Position numbers and translations under genes: made by a program. Below the pieces are notes generated by a model that made no database searches, was not told the origin of the DNA, and saw nothing but the letters and a program-made list of their open reading frames with translations. A stretch of 64,000 nucleotides of DNA from Fibrobacterota bacterium. GTDB taxonomy: Bacteria > Fibrobacterota > Fibrobacteria > UBA11236. Below, piece by piece: positions 27,881-36,711 of this stretch; within the stretch, counting starts at the first letter, position 1, and every line of letters begins with the position of its first letter. Location of the stretch: contig JAQBPN010000084.1 of assembly GCA_028287505.1 (NCBI GenBank), positions 22,147 to 86,146 of the forward strand, written 5' to 3'.

Positions 27881-29626
27881 TTACGCTGTGAAGATGGCCT
27901 GGCCGCTGGCGTGCCGGCCCTGGGAGGAATCGTATTTGAACGAGATGCCGGATTTGTCCTTGAGGCGCGCGAGCTCCAGGCTGATGCGCATGCCGGGAAA
28001 GATGGGGCGCTGGAACTTAAGGGCCTGCAATCCGCGGAAAGCGCCGAAGGGGCCGAACAGGCGGGCGCCTTCCAGGATGGCCCAATCCAATTGCACCACG
28101 CCCGGCAACAAAGGCAGTTGGGGAAAGTGGCCGCGGAAATGTTCCAGCTCCGCGGGAATCTCCAGCTCCAGCACGGCGGCGCCGTTTTCCAACCGCCGCG
28201 TTTCCAGGATCACGGGGTTGACCTGGGGATCGAACAGGGACCGCAAGGCGGCCAGCGCAGTCTTGCCCGCGGCATTGGCCGGCATGGTTTCCACCAGCCG
28301 CCACCGCTTGGGCAGCAGCACGCGATCGAAACCGTTCAAGAGATGCGCGCGCAGGGACTGCACCAGGGCGGCCCTGGCTTCGCTGCCGCGCGTGGGAATC
28401 GCGCTGTCCCTGAGCCGCAACACCGCGCCCAGGGTGTCCCGATCGCCCGCCAGCACCAGCACGCGGGCCTCGGCTACGCGGGGATGGGCGGTCAGCAGGT
28501 CTTCCATCGCCGTGAGGGATAGGCGCTTCTCTTCCACTTTCACAATCCGGTCCGCGCGGCCCAGCAGCCGGAAGCCACCCTCGACCGCGCTCACGCGATC
28601 GGAGGTGGCGAACGGCTTCGAAGCCTTCATATGCGGCGATTTCACCAGCAGGAGTTCGCCCGCTTCGCCGATGGCGATTTCAACTTTCGGAAAAGCGGTC
28701 CAGGGCGGATCTTCTCCGGCCCGCCGGCGCCAAGCGATGCCGCCGGTTTCCGAACTCCCGTAGATTTCCACCGGGTCCGCGCCCAGCAGATGCGCGCAGG
28801 CGGGGACGCAGGCCCAGGGCAGCGGGCCGCCCGAGGAAAAAACCGCCGTCAACGGTCTGAAGCCTACCGTAGCGCCGGACGCATCCGGAAGATGCGGCTC
28901 GGGGAGACGCGCCTCCGGGAGGCGGCGCAAGAAAGCGGGGGAGGCCACCAGCACCACGGGACCCGGAGCTTGCAGCGACTCAGCCAATTCCTCGGGAAAG
29001 CGTATGAGGCGATCGGAAAAAGGCCGGCCCGCGGCCAGGGGCCAGAGGCACCGGAACAACAGGCCGTAGATATGCTGATGGCCGACCGTGGAAAGCACGC
29101 GCGCGCCGGAAAGACCCGCGCCCAGCACGGCCTCCAGCGTCTCCACCTCGTTGCCCAGATCGCTCCAGGTCTTTTCGACGGCCAAGGGCAGGCCCGTGGA
29201 TCCGGAAGTGAAGATGATCACCGGTAGATCCGGAACGGCCGGCGGTAAGGGAGTTGCGTGAGTCGCGGGAGCCGGTGCCGCGAAGGGCGGTTCGTTCCAC
29301 GTCGTCCGCATTCCGGGCCGCCCCGGGCCGCCGGCGGGAAAATCCCCCAGCAAGACGTCCGCCCTGCCGGCCAGCAGGGCGGTTGTGATCTCCGTCGCAT
29401 CTCCTGCGATTACCGCGGTGCATCCGGCGGCCCAGCAACCCAGCAGCGCGGCCGCGAAGTCGAAGGTATTCCCGAAATGCAGGGCCGCGCGCTTTGCGCC
29501 CGCTCCCTTCAGCGCATCGCGCCAGGCGTCGCGGAGCGCGGCGAGCGCGGTCCAATCCTGTCCGGGCGCAAGCCCCACGGGCCCGGAGAGGCCGGTCCCG
29601 GCCGCCATGTCGGTAAACCTCAGCAT
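27881..29626 (-). CDS. apeH: AMP-binding acyl-ACP synthetase fused to a hotdog dehydratase (ApeH-ApeI fusion)
   Basis: FTSGSTG, HQHIYGLLF, SSGG, EIYGSSETGG, GRADRIVKVEEKR; C-terminal FRGHFP..LPGVVQLDW. Confidence 0.9.
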   Translation of the reverse strand: MLRFTDMAAGTGLSGPVGLAPGQDWTALAALRDAWRDALKGAGAKRAALHFGNTFDFAAALLGCWAAGCTAVIAGDATEITTALLAGRADVLLGDFPAGGPGRPGMRTTWNEPPFAAPAPATHATPLPPAVPDLPVIIFTSGSTGLPLAVEKTWSDLGNEVETLEAVLGAGLSGARVLSTVGHQHIYGLLFRCLWPLAAGRPFSDRLIRFPEELAESLQAPGPVVLVASPAFLRRLPEARLPEPHLPDASGATVGFRPLTAVFSSGGPLPWACVPACAHLLGADPVEIYGSSETGGIAWRRRAGEDPPWTAFPKVEIAIGEAGELLLVKSPHMKASKPFATSDRVSAVEGGFRLLGRADRIVKVEEKRLSLTAMEDLLTAHPRVAEARVLVLAGDRDTLGAVLRLRDSAIPTRGSEARAALVQSLRAHLLNGFDRVLLPKRWRLVETMPANAAGKTALAALRSLFDPQVNPVILETRRLENGAAVLELEIPAELEHFRGHFPQLPLLPGVVQLDWAILEGARLFGPFGAFRGLQALKFQRPIFPGMRISLELARLKDKSGISFKYDSSQGRHASGQAIFTA

Positions 29627-29633
29627 GGGCGCT

Positions 29634-30191
29634 TTACCTGTGCCTCGCCGACATCACCCGGCGGCGCACCAGCCATTCCCCCGCGAACAGAACGCCCATC
29701 AGCAGGTAGGCCAGGAACCCGTTGTAGAAAGCCCATAGTCCCGGATTGCCGGAAAGGGCGGTGGCCGCCGCGGCGCAGGCGTTGAGCGCGAAAAAACCGC
29801 ACCAGACCTGGGTGACCCGGCGCGTATAGCGTACGCCATGCTCATCAAGATCGGGATGGCGGAAGCGCGCCAGGCGTTCGATGACGGTGGGAGGAATCCA
29901 CAGGCTCAGGCCGAAAACCAGAAGCAGGCTGAGATTTACGGCCACGGGGTAGTACAGCACGGATGCCTCGCCCCAGATCCAGGCCAGGGCGCCGGCGCCG
30001 GCGATCATCCCGATCAAGGCGTAGACCGGGACCTTGCGCACGATGGTTTTCCCCCAGCGCAGGGCCAGCACCGCCAGCAGCCCCAGGGCGATGAAGCGGG
30101 CGGGGATGCCTTGGCGAAGCCCGGCATAGACCAGCGCCGGATAGGCCGCCAGCAGAACCGCGGTCACGGCGGTGAGCTTGGACGGCGCCAC
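29634..30191 (-). CDS. apeG: COG4648-like membrane protein (ApeG)
   Basis: AYPALVY, YYPV, IERLAR, YTRRVTQVW, YNG..Y, GEWLVR. Confidence 0.85.
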   Translation of the reverse strand: MAPSKLTAVTAVLLAAYPALVYAGLRQGIPARFIALGLLAVLALRWGKTIVRKVPVYALIGMIAGAGALAWIWGEASVLYYPVAVNLSLLLVFGLSLWIPPTVIERLARFRHPDLDEHGVRYTRRVTQVWCGFFALNACAAAATALSGNPGLWAFYNGFLAYLLMGVLFAGEWLVRRRVMSARHR

Positions 30192-30193
30192 GG

Positions 30194-30448
30194 CTACTCG
30201 TTCACCAGCTTTTCGATGACGTTCACGACATCGTCGATGGTGCGCACGGTCTTGAACGGCTCCGGCTGCATGCGCTTGCCGATCAGCTTCTGCAGCTTGA
30301 CCATCAGATCGATGGCGTCGATGCTGTCGATTTCCAGGTCTTTGTAGAGTTCGGCGCCGGGAACCAACCGGCTTTTTTCGATGCCGAAGGTTTCGTTCAA
30401 AGTGGAAACCACCGCGGCCATGATTTCGTCCCGGGTCCTGATGCTCAT
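30194..30448 (-). CDS. apeF: Acyl carrier protein (ApeF)
   Basis: LYKDLEIDSIDAIDL phosphopantetheine site. Confidence 0.92.
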   Translation of the reverse strand: MSIRTRDEIMAAVVSTLNETFGIEKSRLVPGAELYKDLEIDSIDAIDLMVKLQKLIGKRMQPEPFKTVRTIDDVVNVIEKLVNE

Positions 30449-30449
30449 G

Positions 30450-30722
30450 CTATTTCTCCGCAACCGGGGCGCGGCGGCTTTCCACGAAGCCGGCGAGTTT
30501 TCTGACGCTGGAAAAATGTTCCCGGTTCTCCTTGGAGTCCGACGACATCTTGATTCCGTACTTTTTCTGGATGGCGATGCCGAGCTCCAGGGCGTCGATG
30601 GAATCCAATCCCAATCCGTCCCCGAAAATGGCGGCTTCCGCGTCGATGGATTCGGGGGTGACCTCTTCCAGTTTGAGCGTCGTGATGATCAGCTCCTTTA
30701 TTTCCAATTCAAGCTCCGGCAC
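30450..30722 (-). CDS. apeE: Acyl carrier protein (ApeE)
   Basis: FGDGLGLDSIDALELG. Confidence 0.92.
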   Translation of the reverse strand: MPELELEIKELIITTLKLEEVTPESIDAEAAIFGDGLGLDSIDALELGIAIQKKYGIKMSSDSKENREHFSSVRKLAGFVESRRAPVAEK

Positions 30723-31485
30723 TGCAAAGGTCCTTGTTGAAGTAATACTGAAGATGATCGTTCAGGTCCCGGGCCGCCAGCGCCGGTTGGTCCGGGCGCG
30801 CCTTCAGGAACGGGCTGATGGGGATGTCGTCTTTCACGCGCAGGACAATCCTCATCCGGTGTTCCGGGGCCAGATACCACGCACCGCCCTTGTGGAGGTT
30901 GCTGCGGGTGCTTTCAATCACCACCGGAGTCACGTTTTGCCGGGTGCGGACCGCTACCTGGGCCGCGCCTTTCCGGAATTTCACGGGCATGCCCGGCGGC
31001 GTGCGCGTCCCCTCGGGGAAGATGATCACGTTGTTGCCCGAGTCGAGGCTCTTGCGGCAGCGCGCCATGGTGGATTCCCCTTCGTCGTTGCGGATGTAGC
31101 CGGCCAGCAGCACCGGCCAGCGCTTGAACCAATCGTTCAGCAAGGCGCTCTTGACGAAGCAATCGGCCTGGGGAATGACGGAGGCGAGCAGCACGAAATC
31201 GATGAGCGTGGGATGATTGGCAAGCACCAGATTGCCGGACCTGCGCAGGGCTTCCAGGCCTTCGTAGCGGACATGGAGCACTCCCGTGATCCGCATCAGC
31301 AGTACGAAGAGATGGAATCCCCTTTGGATGATAATGCGGCCCACACGGTGGCGCGATTCTTCCTTGCGCCAGACCAGCCATACCAGGGGGATGCCGAATA
31401 GACCCAAGGTCGCCCCCCCCAGGGCGAAGATGGCGAAGCACATGAGGGTGGCCGCCGTACGCCAGGTCCGCCAAAGCAGTTTCAT
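30709..31485 (-). CDS. apeD: Lysophospholipid acyltransferase family protein (ApeD)
   Basis: NHPTLID (HxxxxD), IFPEGTRT, FRKGAA. Start ATG 31485. Confidence 0.9.
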   Translation of the reverse strand: MKLLWRTWRTAATLMCFAIFALGGATLGLFGIPLVWLVWRKEESRHRVGRIIIQRGFHLFVLLMRITGVLHVRYEGLEALRRSGNLVLANHPTLIDFVLLASVIPQADCFVKSALLNDWFKRWPVLLAGYIRNDEGESTMARCRKSLDSGNNVIIFPEGTRTPPGMPVKFRKGAAQVAVRTRQNVTPVVIESTRSNLHKGGAWYLAPEHRMRIVLRVKDDIPISPFLKARPDQPALAARDLNDHLQYYFNKDLCSAGA

Positions 31486-32231
31486 GGGCGGACCCAATCC
31501 CAACGGCGGGTTCCGCGCCGCCAGGAGGCGCTCTTCCCGTTCCCGGCCCACATTTTCAGGAAGACCAGGGCCTGGGGCGGAACGGTTTCCCGGTCCGGCT
31601 CCGATTGCGTTTCCCACAAGGACAATTCGAATTCTTCGCCTCCTGAGGCTCCCAGCTCAAGCCCAAGGGCATAGCCCCCCGGTTCCCGGTCCCAATGCCC
31701 GTCGAGCGCGGAGGGCGGCACGGGATCGCTCATTACCACCAGCACGCGATCATGGCCTTCCAGGACCATGCCTTGGGCCTCCAGCAATGCGGCGGTGAAA
31801 CTCTCGCCGCGGGAGGAAAGCGAAGAGCTCATGCTGCGATCGCCTTTGGCGATGGAGAACTGGCCGGCCGCGGCGTTGTGCACGGACAGGCTGAAGTCCA
31901 TGGGGGAAGCCAACTCCTCCTCCGCCTGCGCCCTGAGCATGGCGACGGATCGCGCCACCTGCCCGTGCCGGCTGGCGAACACGCAGGGAAGGTCGTTTCC
32001 CGGAGGCGCCAGGCGGAACGCGACTTCCAGTCCCAGGCGATCGGCCGCATCCGCGCGCCGCCGGAGTATGGGCGGCATGGCGGAAACGGGGGCGGTGTGG
32101 GTCAAAGTATCGCTCCATTCCCGGTCTGAAGACGCCCATTCCCGCCATGCTTCCCGGTCAGAAAGCGACGGTCCCGCCCAGGCCTCCCAGGCCAGAATTC
32201 GAAGGGGCAGTCGAAAGCAATTTGAAAGCAT
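31482..32231 (-). CDS. apeC: Beta-ketoacyl synthase chain-length factor (ApeC)
   Basis: PPILRRR, VFASRHG, SPMDFSLSVHNA, ALLEA; no catalytic Cys. Confidence 0.88.
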   Translation of the reverse strand: MLSNCFRLPLRILAWEAWAGPSLSDREAWREWASSDREWSDTLTHTAPVSAMPPILRRRADAADRLGLEVAFRLAPPGNDLPCVFASRHGQVARSVAMLRAQAEEELASPMDFSLSVHNAAAGQFSIAKGDRSMSSSLSSRGESFTAALLEAQGMVLEGHDRVLVVMSDPVPPSALDGHWDREPGGYALGLELGASGGEEFELSLWETQSEPDRETVPPQALVFLKMWAGNGKSASWRRGTRRWDWVRP

Positions 32232-32553
32232 ATGGGGTGATTAATAATGGGTAGGTGAAATATAGTAACTGAGGGAAATTATTGGGGTCAGACGGCCTTC
32301 CCGGAGCCAGAGATCTTCCGCAATTTACCGCAAAAAAGCGGAATCCCGGCAACGTCGGGCGGGCCGCCCACGCCGCCGGCCGGCCCGGACTCAAGCCCCG
32401 CGGGATTCCGCCCGCTCACCGCCGACGACGAAGGCATCTCCGGTCCGGCGCCCGGGTGCGGATCGACCGTCACCGCAGGCCCAAGGCGCTCCGGCGCTCC
32501 AGGGCACCATAATCCATGGTGACTTTCAAAATGCGGCCCCCGGCCTCCACTAC

Positions 32554-32580
32554 GGGAATAAATGCGTGGGAATAAATGCG
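32554..32580. promoter_or_regulatory. 13-bp perfect direct repeat in the divergent intergenic region upstream of the APE operon
   Basis: GGGAATAAATGCG at 32554-32566 and 32568-32580. The regulatory role is inferred only. Confidence 0.35.
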
Positions 32581-32698
32581 CGTTTGCAAATGACATCCGT
32601 CGCGGTTTTGTTAAATTCCGGGAGCCCGAAAATCAAATCATGCCCCGTGCGTCCGTCGATGAAATCGGGACGCACGATCCACAGTGAAAGGAATCCCC

Positions 32699-33406
32699 AT
32701 GAAGCGGTTGAACTTGAAACTCTTATTGTCCGGGCTTTGCGGGTTCTTTTTGATCAATTGCTCCCAGCGGTTCATCAACGTGAATTATTCGGGAAATGGA
32801 TTCTCGGTCAATGAATTGAAATCCTCAAAGGTGGCCTTGGTCGCCTCGGAAAAGGTGACCGTTCTCGAATTCAGGAAGGCGTACGATAAGAAGTTCCAGG
32901 ATTCGGATTCCTGCAGGAAATTCATCTCGGGCAAAATCGTCGAATCGATAAACAAAGGCATACCCGAAATCAATGTGTCGGGCGTGGACGCCGAATATTC
33001 GAATGTGTTCGATATCGACAACCTGAATGCTGAGGCGCTCGCCAAGGTCGACGGGTTTTTCAAATCAACCGATTCGAAGTACGTGATTAATATCAAGAAC
33101 ATAATCGTCAGCAATGCATTCATCGCCAATCCCGCCACCATGATGGCCGCCCCTCCCGGTACGAACGGCGCCGTTTCCGGCGGGATGGTGATGGGGACCG
33201 GCGGTACCACTGAAAGTTGCGTGATTTCCTACGATGTGGAGATTTGGGACTCGAAGACCAGGGAGAAAAAGCTCTCATTCAACAATAGAGGGGAATCCAA
33301 GGTATCGTTTTTCGCCTACGGCAAGGCGTTGAACAATGCTTTTGAAAACAGCTTTCAGCATCTGATCGGATATCTGAAAACGCAACAGGTGGATTTCAAG
33401 AAATAA
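32699..33406 (+). CDS. Hypothetical lipoprotein, visibly lower GC
   Basis: MKRLNLKLLLSGLCGFFLINC signal with Cys, AAAGGA RBS, AT-rich codons. Confidence 0.75.
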   Translation: MKRLNLKLLLSGLCGFFLINCSQRFINVNYSGNGFSVNELKSSKVALVASEKVTVLEFRKAYDKKFQDSDSCRKFISGKIVESINKGIPEINVSGVDAEYSNVFDIDNLNAEALAKVDGFFKSTDSKYVINIKNIIVSNAFIANPATMMAAPPGTNGAVSGGMVMGTGGTTESCVISYDVEIWDSKTREKKLSFNNRGESKVSFFAYGKALNNAFENSFQHLIGYLKTQQVDFKK

Positions 33407-34262
33407 AGGCGCGCCAGATCGAGAACCGCCGGTCCTCCACGTCTTCGTGGAAATCCACGAGCGGGCTCAGGGCCCGGCCTTCGCGCACCAATTCATAACC
33501 CCCCGCGCCCTTTGCCAATTCCAGGAAAAGTGCGTGTTCCTTCAGGGTATGCGTGAACACCAACAGCCATCCGCCCGGGCGGGTCAACGCCGCGGCTTTG
33601 GCCAACAGGTTCGCGGGCTGGAAAAAGCGCAGGGGCAATCCCCATAGCAGCAGATGGTGCCGGGTGACGAACGGGTAGAATAGGGTGATCAGGCCGTACC
33701 CGCCGCCCCCGGCCTTGAGGAAGTCCCCGATCTCGTAGGCGACGTCCGGGTTCTCCGTCTGCGCCATATAGGCTTGCGCATAGTCCTTGCGGGATCGGAA
33801 ATCCGGGTAGATTCCGTACCCGTCCACCTCCACGCCTTTCAGGCTTACCCGCATGGCTTCCGCGCCCACCCGCTCCGCTTCCGTCGGGTTGGCGTGGCGC
33901 AGCCATCTCTCCAGAGCGAAAACGTAGTGCCAATCCTGGGAGCCCACGTCCATGGCCGCAATATGACCATTTTCCCTGGTGGGAATGGAAAGGCCCTCGC
34001 AGGCTTTCTCCAGGATGTCGAGCAGATAGAGGTTTTTCCGGTAGAGGGCCCGGGTGGATGCATCGGCCAGCGGGCCCAGACGGTAACGTCCGCGCAGTTC
34101 GCGTTCCCGCGCTTCACAGGCGGCTTCCTCTCCCGCGGCCAGATAGGAGAACAGCCTCTCCTTGGGCTCATGGGGCAGCGACGGCATTCCCCGCGACCAG
34201 CGGAGGGACTTCCGGATCCAGAAGGAAAAGGCGTTGCCGGGAATCCGGGAGAACGCCAGCAT
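33396..34262 (-). CDS. Hypothetical protein, probable class I SAM-dependent methyltransferase fold
   Basis: AMDVGSQ (motif I-like), KGVEVD, IGDFL, LTRPGGWLLV. Confidence 0.6.
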   Translation of the reverse strand: MLAFSRIPGNAFSFWIRKSLRWSRGMPSLPHEPKERLFSYLAAGEEAACEARERELRGRYRLGPLADASTRALYRKNLYLLDILEKACEGLSIPTRENGHIAAMDVGSQDWHYVFALERWLRHANPTEAERVGAEAMRVSLKGVEVDGYGIYPDFRSRKDYAQAYMAQTENPDVAYEIGDFLKAGGGGYGLITLFYPFVTRHHLLLWGLPLRFFQPANLLAKAAALTRPGGWLLVFTHTLKEHALFLELAKGAGGYELVREGRALSPLVDFHEDVEDRRFSIWRAFIS

Positions 34263-34292
34263 GATCCACAGGCGATAGGGAATCAGATGTCC

Positions 34293-35429
34293 TTACTCCT
34301 CGGCCCCCGGGCGCGGAAAGAGGCTGACATATGTCCGCGTCCGTCCGTCTTCCGCGCGGCCGGAGAGATTCCGGCGCGAGCCGCCGTAAAAGATAACCAG
34401 GGGAGACTGGGGGAAGCGGTACGGGCCCCGGGAAAAATCGGCCGGATCGGGACGCGCCCGGAAAAACAACGCGCTGGAGGAGCCCGGACGCTTGCGGCCG
34501 CGCACGTTCAGTCCGATTTTGAAAAGACCGCCGTTGCCGGTGATGTACAGGGTCTTGAAGTCCGGCCCGCCGAAGCATTGGTTGGCGTTGTTGCCCGCGG
34601 CGGTGGGGCTTCCCTTGACCAGGATATGGCCGAGAAAGGGATCCTTCTTGCCCGGCGAGTAGAGGTGCACGGCGCCCTGGGCGAAGCCGGCGAGGTACAC
34701 GTCTTCCCTCTCATCCAGGGTGATGCCGTCCGGCGTGGGGATGTCGAGCACGTAGCCGCGTTTGTTGGACAGGGAGCCGTCCGGGGCCACGTCGAACTGC
34801 CAGGTGGTGGTGGCGTTGCGATCGGCCACGTAGAGGATTTTCCTTTCTTCCAGCCATTCCACCCCGTCCGGATTGGGCACGGTGGTATTGGCGATCACGG
34901 TCTTCCCGTCCGCGCTGACGTGGAAGACGGTTTTGCCCGAGGACTGGTTGGACAGGAACATGGAACCGTCCGAGCCGATGGTGATGTCGTTGAGCGCCTT
35001 GAACTCGAAGCCGGCGCCTGACATCGCCAGGGTATCCCGGCTCCCGTCCTTATTGAAGCGCAGGATGGCTCCCAGGGTGCAGGCCACCAGGCGGCCCTGG
35101 GGATCGAATTCCAGGCCGTTGGGGGAATCCCCGTGGCCGGAATAGAAAACCGATCCCTGGCCGTCCGGGGTAACCTTGTAGATACTGTTGGCCGCCGGTT
35201 CCGAGAAGAACACGTTACCATCCGCGTCCACGGCCACGCCGTCGCAAAGCCCGAAGGCTCTGCCGGTCTCCGGATGCTTGGTCAGGACGGGAAGGACCTT
35301 GGCCCCTTTGTCGGCGATGGTAACGGGAACGTCGCCTTGGGCGTATCCGTAATCCTGGGCCGCGGGCGTACCGGGGCCGATGGCGAGGAAAAGAAGCGAA
35401 TGGACGAAAATATCCGAGGGTCGGCGCAT
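34293..35429 (-). CDS. Secreted SMP-30/gluconolactonase/LRE family protein
   Basis: DGVAVD, PNGLEFD, NDITIG, PDGITLD, CFGGPDFKTLYIT; tail RNLSGR. Confidence 0.88.
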   Translation of the reverse strand: MRRPSDIFVHSLLFLAIGPGTPAAQDYGYAQGDVPVTIADKGAKVLPVLTKHPETGRAFGLCDGVAVDADGNVFFSEPAANSIYKVTPDGQGSVFYSGHGDSPNGLEFDPQGRLVACTLGAILRFNKDGSRDTLAMSGAGFEFKALNDITIGSDGSMFLSNQSSGKTVFHVSADGKTVIANTTVPNPDGVEWLEERKILYVADRNATTTWQFDVAPDGSLSNKRGYVLDIPTPDGITLDEREDVYLAGFAQGAVHLYSPGKKDPFLGHILVKGSPTAAGNNANQCFGGPDFKTLYITGNGGLFKIGLNVRGRKRPGSSSALFFRARPDPADFSRGPYRFPQSPLVIFYGGSRRNLSGRAEDGRTRTYVSLFPRPGAEE

Positions 35430-35657
35430 GGATCATCTCCTGTGCCCCCTCCACCCTGGGGAAACAATATAGTACCGCCCGCTCCTCCTCGCCTTCGCCC
35501 TGATTGACCCCGGGCATTTCCTTTCCCGGCGACGGGCCGTCAAAGATTAATTTTGACGATGCCGGCGGCAGGTCGGCCCCGGCCGCGGTGCGGCCGAGTG
35601 AAACGCGCGGTACGCCGCGTGAAAAGTGCGCGGCGCGCCGCGCAAAAGGAGGGTTCC

Positions 35658-36635
35658 TTGAAAGCAACCAACGCATTCAAATCGGGCCTCGTCGTTTTCC
35701 TGGCCGCCCCGGTTCTTTGCCTGCTTTTTCCCGGGTCCGCGACCGCCCAGGTCAAGGCCGACAGCAGCATGAGCTTTTTCATCTCCAGCGCCAATCCCGG
35801 CAAGGGGGCCAACCTGGGCGGGCTCGCGGGAGCGGACGCCCATTGCCAGAGCTTGGCGGCGGCCGTCGGCGCAGGCAGGCGCACCTGGCACGCTTACCTC
35901 AGCACCCAGCCCGCCGCCGGAAAGCCGGCCGAAAACGCACGCGATCGCATCGGAACCGGACCCTGGTACAACTTCAAGGGATTGCGGATGGCCATGAGCG
36001 TGGAGGATCTGCACAGCGTCAACAACAAGCTGAACAAGGAGAACTCTCTGACCGAAAAAGGCGAAGTGGTCAATGGCAGGGGAGACACTCCCAACCGGCA
36101 CGACATCCTGACGGGATCCAAAGCGGATGGCACCGCCTTTCCGGCCGGGACCGATATGACGTGCAACAACTGGACCAGCGAAACCACGGGCAGCGCGATG
36201 CTGGGGCATCACGATCGCCATGGCGCGGCGGGCAATATCGATTCGACGTCCTGGAACCAGGCGCATGCCTCCACCGGATGCAGTCCTTCCGCCCTGGTCA
36301 GCACCGGCGGCAACGGATTCATCTATTGCTTCGCCGCCGATGCGGCGACCGGAACGAAAGACCCCGTCGGCAAGGCCATCCAGGCAAGCCTTTCCGGATT
36401 CGCCTGGCTGCGGAGTTTTTCCCCGGGGGCGGGCGATCAGGTCGTTTACCGCTTGGATTTGCCCCAAGCGCGGCACGTGGATGCGGCTATTTTCACCCTG
36501 AATGGGCGGAAATTGGCGGACCTGAGCCTGGGAATACGGCCGGCCGGCGTCCAGGACCTCCACTGGAATGGCCGGGATTCCCGCGGAAACCCTGTTTCCA
36601 GGGGATTTTACCTGATCGCCGTTACGGTACGATAA
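35658..36635 (+). CDS. Secreted endostatin/DUF1554-like 'lectin' domain protein with C-terminal FlgD-Ig-like domain
   Basis: GANLGGLAGADAHCQSLA, NARDRIG, HDILTGS, TCNNWTS, IYCFA; C-terminal IFTLNGRK..HWNGRDSRG..VSRGFY. TTG start after AGGAGG. Confidence 0.75.
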   Translation: MKATNAFKSGLVVFLAAPVLCLLFPGSATAQVKADSSMSFFISSANPGKGANLGGLAGADAHCQSLAAAVGAGRRTWHAYLSTQPAAGKPAENARDRIGTGPWYNFKGLRMAMSVEDLHSVNNKLNKENSLTEKGEVVNGRGDTPNRHDILTGSKADGTAFPAGTDMTCNNWTSETTGSAMLGHHDRHGAAGNIDSTSWNQAHASTGCSPSALVSTGGNGFIYCFAADAATGTKDPVGKAIQASLSGFAWLRSFSPGAGDQVVYRLDLPQARHVDAAIFTLNGRKLADLSLGIRPAGVQDLHWNGRDSRGNPVSRGFYLIAVTVR

Positions 36636-36711
36636 CTCCGCTCAATTCTTGCCGTGAGGTCGAAATAACATTAGTTAGTGGAGTAATCAGGAAATCCGGA
36701 GGGTCCGTTTA

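Larger units (their letters stand above)
15740..32231 (-). other. Aryl polyene (APE) biosynthetic gene cluster, 18 co-directional genes
   Basis: Order CLF, acyltransferase, 2xACP, membrane protein, AMP-ligase/dehydratase, GT2, acyltransferase, ammonia-lyase, thioesterase, LolA-like, MMPL, FAD enzyme, DUF3261, KS, DH, KR, KS matches the ape architecture; most genes overlap or abut. Confidence 0.92.

Noticed and set aside
31413-31420. C8 tract in apeD (and G8 at 55842-55849) as phase-variation sites
   Set aside because: Eight-base G/C runs are short and expected in GC-rich Gly/Pro codons; both frames are intact and there is no read evidence.
32288-32596. Small ORFs in the intergenic region upstream of apeC
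   Set aside because: Low-complexity translations without an RBS or motifs; more likely regulatory DNA.
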